From positions 3,586,498 through 3,650,497 of the forward strand of contig OZ223236.1 of NCBI GenBank assembly GCA_965140445.1: DNA of 64,000 nucleotides, read 5' to 3'. Positions 20,503 through 29,363 of the stretch are shown here, in pieces (position 1 is the first letter of the stretch; every line of letters starts with the position of its first letter). The notes beneath the pieces were generated by a model. It did no database searches and was not told the origin of the DNA. It saw only the letters and a program-made list of their open reading frames with translations. Source of the stretch: Candidatus Ozemobacteraceae bacterium. Lineage in GTDB: Bacteria > Muiribacteriota > Ozemobacteria > Ozemobacterales > Ozemobacteraceae. The position numbers were made by a program, and so were the translations under genes.

Positions 20503-21150
20503 TTAAATAAATTTGCAATCCCTTTTAAGCGCTTTTGCCAAACGCGACATATATTCTTTTCTTGGGATCTCAATTGCACCAAGACGTGCAGTATGTGGAG
20601 TAATTACCTGACTATCGAATAAAAAGTAGCCTTGATTTTTCAATCTCTTAATAAGGGCCTGGAGAGCAATTGTAGAGGCATTTGATCTTCGGTAAAACAT
20701 AGATTCGCCAGCAAAAAAGCCCCTTATTGCTACCCCATAAATACCTCCCACCAGTTCAGACTCTTCCCAAACCTCCACGCTGTGTGCCAATCCCAACTCA
20801 AACATCTTGCAATATGCACTAATGAATTCCTTAGTAACCCAACTCTCTTCCCTTCCCGGAAAAGGTTCAGCACATTTTTCCATAACTTTTTTAAAAGCTT
20901 CATCAAAAGAAATCCTGAACTTCGAATTCCGAAAATATCTTTCCGCTCTTTTGGAAATGGCGAAATTGTCTATATCGAAGATTGCTCTAGGATCAGGTGA
21001 CCACCAGGTAATCGGATGGACCGTCCAGGGAAATATTCCGCTAGTATATGCGGTTACAAGAGTTTCAGGCCTCAGATCTCCACCGAAAGCTAACAATCCG
21101 TCTTCATCTGCAATTTCAACGTCGGGAAAAATGATTCTTCCTGTATTCAA
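20503..21150 (-). CDS. aat: Leucyl/phenylalanyl-tRNA--protein transferase
   Basis: GIFPW, WWSPDPR, GESMF and NAS motifs collinear with the Aat family. Confidence 0.9.
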   Translation of the reverse strand: MNTGRIIFPDVEIADEDGLLAFGGDLRPETLVTAYTSGIFPWTVHPITWWSPDPRAIFDIDNFAISKRAERYFRNSKFRISFDEAFKKVMEKCAEPFPGREESWVTKEFISAYCKMFELGLAHSVEVWEESELVGGIYGVAIRGFFAGESMFYRRSNASTIALQALIKRLKNQGYFLFDSQVITPHTARLGAIEIPRKEYMSRLAKALKRDCKFI

Positions 21151-21344
21151 TGCTGTGATTCCAATGAAAAAGATTTATCTCTACTTATAGCAGTTTTTTC
21201 AAATGCATTAAAGCCCTAATTGCTACCATAAATTTTTTTCCCATAAAACCATTCAAATAGAGAAGAAAAGTTTGAATTTTTTTGCAATATTGTGTTACTT
21301 TTACCTTCCTTTACAAGGATTGTACCTTTCAGGAGAAAAAAATA

Positions 21345-22685
21345 ATGAAGGAACCCATGACATTTTCAGGAGGCTTGCATCCTCCAGAATTGAAGACAAC
21401 CTCAGCAGAAAACATAGTCGAACTACCAATTCCAGAGAAGGTCATTCTCCATGTTTCCCAACATATCGGAGCACCTGCCAGACCAATTCACAAAATCACA
21501 GATGTGGTTGAATGCGGAAAATGCATAGCTGAGCCCGGTGGCTTTGTTTCAGCACCAGTGCATGCCACAATTGGCGGCAAAATAATAGGGGTTGGCAATT
21601 TCATGCATCCTTTCGGAGTACCGTCTCCTGCCGTAGTTATTGAACGCGACAAAGATATGGCGGAACCAGTCTATGAAAAATGCGATGGATATTCGCTCCC
21701 TGCAGAAGAAATCAAAAATCGCATTCAAAATGCTGGCCTGGTAGGACTTGGCGGAGCAACCTTCCCAACGCACGTTAAGTTATCTCCCCCGGATTCTAAA
21801 CCGATAGATACTGTAATTCTTAATGGGGTAGAATGTGAACCAGCATTAACCTCAGACCACCGCTTGATGTTGGAGCAATCAGATAAGATTATTGATGGCT
21901 TAAAACTAATTATGAAGGTTTTGAATGCTGAAACAGGAATAATTGGTATTGAGTTAAATAAACCTGACGCTATCAAGCTAATGGAACAAAAGGTTAAAAG
22001 CGAAGATCATATTTTTGTTCAACCACTCAAGGTAAAATATCCTCAGGGCGGAGAGAAACAGCTCATTAGCGCATGCATAGGCAAAGAAGTTCCTTCAGGA
22101 AAACTCCCGATGGATGTTGGAGTAGTTGTACAGAATGTGGCTTCAGCAGCAGCAATTTCAGATGCTGTCAATTACAATAAACCATTAATGGAAAGAGTAG
22201 TTACTCTCTCCGGAAATTGCGTAAATAAACCTGGAAATTACAAAGTCAGAATTGGCACCCCTGTAGCAGATTTTATAGATATGGCTGGAGGTCTTAAAGA
22301 AGACGTTCAACTAAAAAAAGTTATTATGGGCGGGCCAATGATGGGATTTGCACTATTTGATCTCAATATCCCAATAATAAAAGGAACCAGCGGAATTCTT
22401 TGTTGGGATGAAAACCAGGCCAAAGTAATGGAAGAAACTTCCTGTCTAAGGTGTGGCAGATGCATAAGAGCCTGCCCCATGGGCTTATTGCCACAACAGC
22501 TTAAAAAGCTTATAGACAGTAAGCAATGGGATCAGGCTGATAAGCTTGGGATTATGGATTGTATGGAATGCGGTTGTTGTTCCTACACTTGCCCTTCTGC
22601 ATTACCACTTGTTCAAACCTTCAAAATGGGTAAAAGATTGGTTATGGCGGAGCGAAAAAAAGCTACACCAATAGAAAAGAAATAA
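21345..22685 (+). CDS. rnfC: Rnf electron-transport complex subunit C
   Basis: NqrA-like N-terminus and two CxxCxxCxxxCP ferredoxin motifs near the C-terminus. An AGGAG RBS lies 10 nt before the ATG at 21345. The track ORF starts at an upstream TTG at 21282, which I consider unlikely to be the true start. Confidence 0.85.
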   Translation: MKEPMTFSGGLHPPELKTTSAENIVELPIPEKVILHVSQHIGAPARPIHKITDVVECGKCIAEPGGFVSAPVHATIGGKIIGVGNFMHPFGVPSPAVVIERDKDMAEPVYEKCDGYSLPAEEIKNRIQNAGLVGLGGATFPTHVKLSPPDSKPIDTVILNGVECEPALTSDHRLMLEQSDKIIDGLKLIMKVLNAETGIIGIELNKPDAIKLMEQKVKSEDHIFVQPLKVKYPQGGEKQLISACIGKEVPSGKLPMDVGVVVQNVASAAAISDAVNYNKPLMERVVTLSGNCVNKPGNYKVRIGTPVADFIDMAGGLKEDVQLKKVIMGGPMMGFALFDLNIPIIKGTSGILCWDENQAKVMEETSCLRCGRCIRACPMGLLPQQLKKLIDSKQWDQADKLGIMDCMECGCCSYTCPSALPLVQTFKMGKRLVMAERKKATPIEKK

Positions 22686-22700
22686 TAAGGGAATAAGATA

Positions 22701-23756
22701 ATGAGCGAAACTAAAAAACTAGCTCCCAGACTTCTGGTAACCAGCTCTCCGCATATTCATGCTGGACTTTCCGCTACCAGAGTTATGTGGGATGTAAATA
22801 TTTCATTGATTCCAGCACTCGCCATGAGTCTTTACGTCTTTGGACCTAAAGCCGCTGTAGTTGTTTTAATGTCTATTCTAGGTGCAGTAAGTGCCGAAGC
22901 TGGAATTCAAAAATTCCTTCTTAAAAAGAAAGTTTCAATTTTTGATGGAAGTGCTTTTTTAACCGGCCTGCTTCTTGCTTTTTGTGTTCCTGCAGCACTT
23001 CCATGGTGGGTGGCCTTCTTAGGTGGTTTTATCGCGGTAGCTTTTGGGAAACAGGTCTATGGTGGTCTTGGGCAAAACATTTTTAACCCTGCACATGTAG
23101 CCAGAGCAATTCTGTTGGCAAGTTATCCTGTATACATGACTACCTGGCTAAAACCTGGCTCTTATTGCTCTGCAGCTAATTGCCTGCCAGATGGCTTAAC
23201 CGGAGCAACACCACTTGCGGTTTTAAAAGGGATAAGTAAAAACACAGAATTGGTAAATCAACTTCAAGCATCTGGAACTTCAATAGTGACTCATGCTTTA
23301 ACCCAGTTAAACATTACATTTAGTGACATGTTTATCGGAAACATTGGTGGCTCTTTAGGGGAAACCAGCAAACTAGCTCTTCTGCTAGGCGGTATTTTCA
23401 TCCTGCTTAGAGGCCATATAACCTGGCATGCACCAGTTACAATGATTGGAACTGTTTTTGCCGGCGCTTTCATTTTTGGAGGCTCAATGGATTTTGCACT
23501 TTATCACCTGCTTGCTGGTGGATTATTTATTGGCGCAATATTTATGGTTACGGATATGGTTACCTCGCCAATGACAACTACCGGGCACCTTATTTTTGGC
23601 TTTGGATGTGGTGCAATAACATTACTGATTCGCTTAAAAGGTGGATACCCAGAAGGTGTTTGTTACTCAATATTAATTATGAACGCATTTGTACCGCTTA
23701 TAGATAAGTTTACCGTTCCAAGAAAATTTGGAACTGAAAAGGAGGTTAAGGCATGA
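22701..23756 (+). CDS. rnfD: Rnf complex subunit D
   Basis: Polytopic NqrB/RnfD family with a conserved FMN-attachment region. Confidence 0.9.
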   Translation: MSETKKLAPRLLVTSSPHIHAGLSATRVMWDVNISLIPALAMSLYVFGPKAAVVVLMSILGAVSAEAGIQKFLLKKKVSIFDGSAFLTGLLLAFCVPAALPWWVAFLGGFIAVAFGKQVYGGLGQNIFNPAHVARAILLASYPVYMTTWLKPGSYCSAANCLPDGLTGATPLAVLKGISKNTELVNQLQASGTSIVTHALTQLNITFSDMFIGNIGGSLGETSKLALLLGGIFILLRGHITWHAPVTMIGTVFAGAFIFGGSMDFALYHLLAGGLFIGAIFMVTDMVTSPMTTTGHLIFGFGCGAITLLIRLKGGYPEGVCYSILIMNAFVPLIDKFTVPRKFGTEKEVKA

Positions 23757-24385
23757 AAGACATGATAAAAATGGGTCTTTTCCTCTTTGTAGTTGCGGCT
23801 ATTGCCGGAATCTTACTTGCAGCGACAGAATCTTTCACAGCCCCTAAGATTGAAGCCAACAAGAAAATGATTCTTGAAAAGGCAAGACTTGAAGTATTGC
23901 CTACAGCTAAAGCCTTTAAGGAAGTAGAACTTGAAGTTCCAGGTCCAGATGGAAAAACTGAAAAAGTAAATATTTATGCAGGATTTGATTCGGCCAATAA
24001 AATCGCTGGAATAGTGGTTAGCGAATCTCCAAAAGGCTATGGTGGACCAATTGAAATGGTATTAGGTATGGATCTTAATGGAAAAATCAGTGGTGTTAAA
24101 ATTCTTTCCCAAAAAGAAACACCAGGTCTTGGAACTAAACTAGCCGAACCCTCATTTTTAAATCCATTTATGAAATTAATTGAATCAAAACCTCAGCCAA
24201 ACTTCAGAGTTAAGCAAGACAGCGGAGATGTTGATGCAATAACAGCAGCAACAATTAGTTCCAGAGCCTTTTGTTCTGGTATCAGGCAAGGCAATGCATT
24301 ATTTGAAACCGTAAAAGAAAAACTTCAAACAATTCAGCCGCCAGTTGCTAGGACTGAAGCCCAACCACAGGGGGAAGTAAAATGA
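23753..24385 (+). CDS. rnfG: Rnf complex subunit G (FMN-binding)
   Basis: Single TM plus the FMN-binding motif DAITAATISS. Confidence 0.85.
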   Translation: MKDMIKMGLFLFVVAAIAGILLAATESFTAPKIEANKKMILEKARLEVLPTAKAFKEVELEVPGPDGKTEKVNIYAGFDSANKIAGIVVSESPKGYGGPIEMVLGMDLNGKISGVKILSQKETPGLGTKLAEPSFLNPFMKLIESKPQPNFRVKQDSGDVDAITAATISSRAFCSGIRQGNALFETVKEKLQTIQPPVARTEAQPQGEVK

Positions 24386-24972
24386 CAAATCTTGAGCAAA
24401 TCACCAAGGGATTCTGGAAAGAAAACCCTATATTTGTAATTGCCCTGGGCCTATGCCCCGCTCTTGCCGTTTCTTCTTCCTTAGTTAACGCCTTAGGAAT
24501 GGGAATTGCTGCAACATTTGTGCTACTTGGCTCAAATGTAATTGTTTCTTTAATCCGAAATCTTGTTCCAGCAAAAATAAGAATCCCCGTTTTTATAGTT
24601 ATTATTGCAACCTTTGTAACAATGATTGATAAATTGATCGCTGCATTTTCTCCTTCTCTTTCAGCGAGTCTGGGAATCTTTATTCCTCTAATTGTTGTTA
24701 ACTGCGTAATTCTTGGAAGGGCTGAATCCTTTGCCAGTAAAAACCCACCACTCGCCTCTGCAATGGACGCGTTGGGAATGGGAGCCGGATTCACAATAGC
24801 TCTTGTTTGTATAGCATTTTTCAGAGAATTACTAGGAGATGGAAAACTTTTAGGTTACTCAATTCCATTTTTTAGCAATGACCCAGCGTTAATAATGATT
24901 ATGGCTCCAGGCGGCTTTATTGTTTTTGGACTATTAATTGCTTTAAAACGCCACATGGAAGCCAGGGGGTAA
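24382..24972 (+). CDS. rnfE: Rnf complex subunit E
   Basis: RnfE/NqrD family membrane protein; overlaps the rnfG stop. Confidence 0.9.
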   Translation: MTNLEQITKGFWKENPIFVIALGLCPALAVSSSLVNALGMGIAATFVLLGSNVIVSLIRNLVPAKIRIPVFIVIIATFVTMIDKLIAAFSPSLSASLGIFIPLIVVNCVILGRAESFASKNPPLASAMDALGMGAGFTIALVCIAFFRELLGDGKLLGYSIPFFSNDPALIMIMAPGGFIVFGLLIALKRHMEARG

Positions 24973-24978
24973 AAAATT

Positions 24979-25557
24979 ATGACTAGTAGCATTATTGCAA
25001 TTTTTATTGTTGCAGTTTTTATTGAAAACTTTGTCTTAAACCAGATCTTGGGTATTTGCCCATTTATTGGCGTTTCAAATAAGCTGGACTCAGCTGTGGG
25101 AATGGGTTTCGCCGTTACTTTTGTAATGGTAATGGCTGGAGTAGTTACATGGACAATTCAAAATTTTATTCTAGTGCCACTCCATCTGGAATATCTTCAA
25201 ACGATTTCTTTTATTCTGGTAATTGCTTCGCTGGTTCAATTTGTAGAAATGGTAGTAAAAAAGACCGCTCCTGCACTTTATCAATCTCTTGGAGTCTTCC
25301 TTCCACTTATCACAACTAACTGTGCTGTTTTGGGAGCTTCATTAATTAACATCAAAAAAGGCTATGGCTTAATGGAAGCTACAGCAAACAGTTTCGGTGC
25401 TGGAATTGGATTTTTCTTCGCTCTCATAATAATGGCAGGAATCCGTGAAAGATTAAACATCTCTGAAATTCCAGAAGCAATGAAAGGCGCCCCAATAACG
25501 TTCATAACAGCTGGATTGCTTGCAACAGCATTTATGGGCTTTTCCGGGTTAGTATAA
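24979..25557 (+). CDS. rnfA: Rnf complex subunit A
   Basis: RnfA/NqrE family membrane protein. Confidence 0.9.
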   Translation: MTSSIIAIFIVAVFIENFVLNQILGICPFIGVSNKLDSAVGMGFAVTFVMVMAGVVTWTIQNFILVPLHLEYLQTISFILVIASLVQFVEMVVKKTAPALYQSLGVFLPLITTNCAVLGASLINIKKGYGLMEATANSFGAGIGFFFALIIMAGIRERLNISEIPEAMKGAPITFITAGLLATAFMGFSGLV

Positions 25558-25564
25558 AGGTAGG

Positions 25565-26584
25565 TTGCAAATGATATCTCAAATTATCCCTGCTGTATTA
25601 GTTTTAGGATGTCTCGGATTTGTTTTCGGAGCCATTCTTTCTTATGCTTCCAAAAAATTTGAAGTAAAAGTAGACCCTAAAGTCGAACAAACACTTGAGC
25701 TCCTTCCAGGCGCTAACTGCGGTGGGTGCGGATTCCCTGGTTGTGCAGGAATGGCAGAAGCCATAGCTTTAAAGGGAGTTTCTGTTACTCTTTGTCCGGT
25801 TATCTCGCCAGAAAACCGAAAGAAAATTGAAGAGCTCATGGGCTCGGACAAGCTTTCAGAAGGTGACAAAAAACCTGTAGTCAAGGCTGCGTTAGTCAAA
25901 TGCAACGGACTCGACGCTGATGAATATAAAAAATTCGAGTATCTGGGAGTTCCAAACTGCCAGGCAGCTGTACTAGTCCAAAATGGCCCGTGGTTATGTC
26001 CTCATAGATGTATGGGACTTGGTTCATGCGCTGCCTCTTGCCCATTTGATGCAATAAAAATTGGGGATAACCATCTTCCAATAGTTGACGAAGATAAATG
26101 TGTTGCCTGTGGAAAATGTGTTTTAGCATGCCCTAAACAACTAATTGAATTAGTTGATAAGGAACAGAAAGTTCACGTCAAATGTAACTCTCCAGAAAAA
26201 GGCGCAGAAACAAGAAAAGTTTGTAAAGTAGGTTGTATAGGCTGTCAACTTTGCAAAAAAGTTTGTGCTTATGATGCAATCATAATAGAAAACAACCTGG
26301 CTAGAATTGATTATGAAAAATGTGTCGGATGCGGAGCCTGTGTAGCAAAATGTCCACAACACACAATAATCATGGAAGACCAACCTGAATTCAAGGGAAA
26401 AGTCGCGGAAATAGCAAAAGACGATTGCATTGGTTGTACCATATGTTATAAAGTCTGCAAATTCGAAGCTGTTATCGGCGGAACCCCGAAAGAAAAGCAC
26501 GAAATAAAATCTGACAAGTGCGTGGGATGCGGGTTGTGTGCGGAAAAATGTCCTAAAAAATGCATTACAATGAAAGACAAATAG
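25565..26584 (+). CDS. rnfB: Rnf complex subunit B (polyferredoxin)
   Basis: N-terminal TM anchor and multiple CxxCxxCxxxCP 4Fe-4S motifs. Confidence 0.85.
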   Translation: MQMISQIIPAVLVLGCLGFVFGAILSYASKKFEVKVDPKVEQTLELLPGANCGGCGFPGCAGMAEAIALKGVSVTLCPVISPENRKKIEELMGSDKLSEGDKKPVVKAALVKCNGLDADEYKKFEYLGVPNCQAAVLVQNGPWLCPHRCMGLGSCAASCPFDAIKIGDNHLPIVDEDKCVACGKCVLACPKQLIELVDKEQKVHVKCNSPEKGAETRKVCKVGCIGCQLCKKVCAYDAIIIENNLARIDYEKCVGCGACVAKCPQHTIIMEDQPEFKGKVAEIAKDDCIGCTICYKVCKFEAVIGGTPKEKHEIKSDKCVGCGLCAEKCPKKCITMKDK

Positions 26585-26597
26585 AGAGAAACCAGAG

Positions 26598-27296
26598 ATG
26601 GAAACCAAGCTTTTTACATTTGCCCTTCTTTCCTACTTAATAGGGAGTATACCCACTGGGACAATAGTCTCAAAAATAAAAGGGCAAAATAGCCTTATTG
26701 AACCTGGAACTCGTTCCACAAAAATGCCAGGGGAGATATTTAAAATTCTTGGCATTCCAACTGGAATATTGGTTTCTTTATTAGATGCATTAAAGGGATT
26801 TCTGGTAGTTACCGTTCTTTTAAAGCATCTCTTTGGCGCAAATGCCGCCGACTCATGGTGGATCGTGAGTATGGGCGGCATGCTCGCAGTTATTGGGCAC
26901 TGTAACTCTGCGCTTCTTGGATTTAGAGGTGGCAGAGGACTTGCTCCAACATTTGGTGTAGCTTTTGGAATTCTCCCAATACCAGCAATACTTTCATGTA
27001 TTCTGGGAATGTCTCTGGCATTCTGGGGACTGTCAAGCAAACCAGGAGCTCTTAGTGCTGCAGGTGCCCTTCCATTGTTTTCAATTTTATGGGTATTGCT
27101 TATTAAACCAACCACTAATGTAAATTATCTTTATGTGGTCGCCTTTTTATCTTTATGGACAATGTGGGAACATCGTGATGAGTTAAAAAACTATATGGGA
27201 ATAAAAACCATCAATCCTGAAATTATTACCTCAGATGCCGATGCCGATGCCGATGCCGATGCCGATGCCGATGCCGAAATATTAGAGAAAAAATAG
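26598..27296 (+). CDS. plsY: Glycerol-3-phosphate acyltransferase PlsY with an unusual C-terminal (Asp-Ala)7 tail
   Basis: Characteristic PlsY N-terminus LSYLIGSIPTGTIVSK and a polytopic topology. The C-terminal DADADADADADADA tail is encoded by the (GATGCC)7 repeat. Confidence 0.75.
   Translation: METKLFTFALLSYLIGSIPTGTIVSKIKGQNSLIEPGTRSTKMPGEIFKILGIPTGILVSLLDALKGFLVVTVLLKHLFGANAADSWWIVSMGGMLAVIGHCNSALLGFRGGRGLAPTFGVAFGILPIPAILSCILGMSLAFWGLSSKPGALSAAGALPLFSILWVLLIKPTTNVNYLYVVAFLSLWTMWEHRDELKNYMGIKTINPEIITSDADADADADADADAEILEKK
27234..27275 (+). repeat. Perfect hexanucleotide microsatellite (GATGCC)x7, in frame at the 3' end of plsY
   Basis: Seven exact tandem copies seen directly in the sequence. 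Confidence 0.95.
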
Positions 27297-27319
27297 CAAA
27301 AATAACTAATTCTTATAAA

Positions 27320-27889
27320 CTATTTTTGAATTTGTGGATCATATCTTAACTCAAGCCTTCCTGATGAAATCAGTGTTCTAAATTTAGATATGTCATTTCC
27401 TTTTAAAAACAAGTCCATAAAAAATTTTCTGGCATTTGGCTCAATCTTTGAAAATGGTGGCTTTGGTTCTATTGAAACCCCACCTACCTTTTGATCCCGG
27501 TCAAAATACATGGTTAAAACATATACCGATAGATTCATTTTGCTATATTTTCCAAATGCATATGAGTAATCTTTTGCCCCGTGATTTCTTAACACCCTTT
27601 CAACATCCCGAATTTTAAGACCAAACAATCCAATATTTTCAATTGGTGCTTTTAAATGGTTATCCATAAATGGATCATAAACTGGAATTCCATTAAACTT
27701 TACCCCTGTAGATTCAGATGCAACAGGTTGTTTTGGATCTTCAGTTTTTGAGGAAGCTGGAGTTTCAGTTTTTTCTCCCCCTGGAGCTGTAGGAGTTGCA
27801 AAGAAATTTTTCATCTGCGCAAAGCCAGGTGAAATGATGAAAAACAGATAAATAAAAATTATCCAAAAAATGTTAAGCTTTCTTTTCAT
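27320..27889 (-). CDS. Hypothetical secreted protein
   Basis: 189 aa with a signal peptide MKRKLNIFWIIFIYLFFIISPGFA. I recognise no family. Confidence 0.4.
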   Translation of the reverse strand: MKRKLNIFWIIFIYLFFIISPGFAQMKNFFATPTAPGGEKTETPASSKTEDPKQPVASESTGVKFNGIPVYDPFMDNHLKAPIENIGLFGLKIRDVERVLRNHGAKDYSYAFGKYSKMNLSVYVLTMYFDRDQKVGGVSIEPKPPFSKIEPNARKFFMDLFLKGNDISKFRTLISSGRLELRYDPQIQK

Positions 27890-27948
27890 AACAAGAGCGT
27901 ACCATATGTTATATTCACTTAACTACAAATTTATTTACAGGAATTTTT

Positions 27949-28401
27949 ATGAGTTTACCGGGAAAAATAATTGAAGTAAACAGCAACCTTGCTATAGTAG
28001 AAGTCAGTCCAAAACCAGAATGTACAGGGTGCCATGCATGTCAGGGTCTATTAGGTGGAGAAAAAAAGTCTTCACTAAAAAGAATTGAAGCCTTTATTGA
28101 TGATGTCGTTCCAGAGCCAGGAGACGAAGTGATTCTTGATACCAAACCAGGTGAAGGAAGCATCGCCGCACTTTTAGTCTTTGGTCTGCCAATGCTATTT
28201 TTCTTCGTGGGACTATTTCTAGGTCCTCAAGTTTCTCTTTATCTGGGCTTTTCTGCTTCAGATTCAACCAGATTAATAACGGGCTTTATTTTCATGGCGA
28301 TTTCATTTGCCATCCTGGCAGGGGTTTCTAAAACAAAATTTGCCAGAAGTATAAGCCTAAAGGTTACTAAAATAACCAAAAGTGCCAAAGAAAGTAGATA
28401 A
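27949..28401 (+). CDS. rseC: RseC/MucC-family (SoxR-reducing-system-associated) membrane protein
   Basis: N-terminal cysteine cluster CTGCHAC followed by two TM helices. Located immediately downstream of the rnf operon, as is common. Confidence 0.65.
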   Translation: MSLPGKIIEVNSNLAIVEVSPKPECTGCHACQGLLGGEKKSSLKRIEAFIDDVVPEPGDEVILDTKPGEGSIAALLVFGLPMLFFFVGLFLGPQVSLYLGFSASDSTRLITGFIFMAISFAILAGVSKTKFARSISLKVTKITKSAKESR

Positions 28402-28703
28402 AAAAAATCCCTGGATCAAAAAGCCAGGGAAAAAGTGAGAGGATCTTTTGAGAGGATACTTGAGTCATCTGGGGAGATGACATAAGATATTAAAAAGTGT
28501 TCTCCGAATCATAAAATAATTTCTTGATTAATCATGGGACAAACTTCAGTGATTTTTGCTGTGATTGTAGTTTATCTAAGGCTTTAACTATATTTTGAGT
28601 GTTTCTTTTAAAAAAATTTATAAGTTCGTTAGTATTTGCTTTATAACAGTATTTTCATACATTAACGATCCGGAAAACACATTTTTACTTTTTCAAAGAG
28701 CTA
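28402..28703 (-). ncRNA. Candidate sigma-54-dependent small RNA, paralog 1 (about 300 nt), bounded by a -24/-12 promoter and an intrinsic terminator
   Basis: Minus-strand promoter TTGGCATCGAAATTGCT (GG-N10-GC). Conserved 5' block, a variable core, a conserved 3' hairpin (gucauc-N6-gaugac) and the AUCCUCUCAAAAGAUCCUCUCAC motif. Terminator hairpin tccctgg/ccaggga followed by a U8 run. No ORF of 60 aa or more. Confidence 0.5.
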
Positions 28704-28714
28704 TTTATATTAGA

Positions 28715-28729
28715 GCAATTTCGATGCCA
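28715..28729 (-). promoter_or_regulatory. Sigma-54 (-24/-12) promoter of sRNA paralog 1
   Basis: Reverse complement reads TGGCATCGAAATTGC with a GG-N10-GC spacing. Confidence 0.55.
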
Positions 28730-28870
28730 ACTTTTCATTTTTATAAATTGATCTCCAAACCATTATAAAAAGTGATAAACTCGCAATTTTCGCCAATTTG
28801 AACTTATTATACGAATGTGCACTTTTTTTTATGGTGGATTTTAGCACACACATAAGCTTCTAATTTGACA

Positions 28871-29178
28871 AAAAAAATCCCCGGTCAAAAAGCCGGGGAC
28901 AAAGTGAGAGGATCTTTTGAGAGGATACTTGAGTCATCTGGGGAGATGACATAAGATATTAAAAAGTGCTTTCCGAACCATGTTATAAATTTTGGTGCGT
29001 TTGTTATTGTGAATAATTTGTAGCTTTTTCGTATATATTAGGTTGTTTTAGAGGATGTATTCGGTTATTTCGATTCAATAGTTATTCTGTGAATTTTGCT
29101 TTTTCGTTTATTTTGACCCAGCACTGTTAATACTGCAAACGATCCGGAAAACACATTTTTACTTTTTTCAAAGAGCTA
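28871..29178 (-). ncRNA. Candidate sigma-54-dependent small RNA, paralog 2 (about 300 nt)
   Basis: Minus-strand promoter TTGGCACGACAATTGCG, a near-perfect sigma-54 consensus. Shares the conserved 5' and 3' blocks of copy 1. Terminator hairpin tccccgg/ccgggga followed by a U-run. Confidence 0.5.
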
Positions 29179-29189
29179 CCCCTACATAC

Positions 29190-29204
29190 GCAATTGTCGT
29201 GCCA
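29190..29204 (-). promoter_or_regulatory. Sigma-54 (-24/-12) promoter of sRNA paralog 2
   Basis: Reverse complement reads TGGCACGACAATTGC, matching the consensus TGGCACG-N4-TTGC. Confidence 0.65.
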
Positions 29205-29363
29205 ACAAAATTCCTTTTCTGTTTTTGTGATGTTTTCTGCTTACAAGCCTTGTGTAGAGACGTTTCACCTGGAAACAAACAAAATAGTATGTGCTTTTTT
29301 TTACAATGTTGTATTTTCACACCCACACTTGGAAACACCTATAAATTTATAACTTACAAATCA

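Noticed and set aside
21282-21344. Upstream TTG start given by the ORF track for rnfC
   Set aside because: An AGGAG RBS precedes the in-frame ATG at 21345. The 21 extra N-terminal residues (MQYCVTFTFLYKDCTFQEKKI) look non-native.
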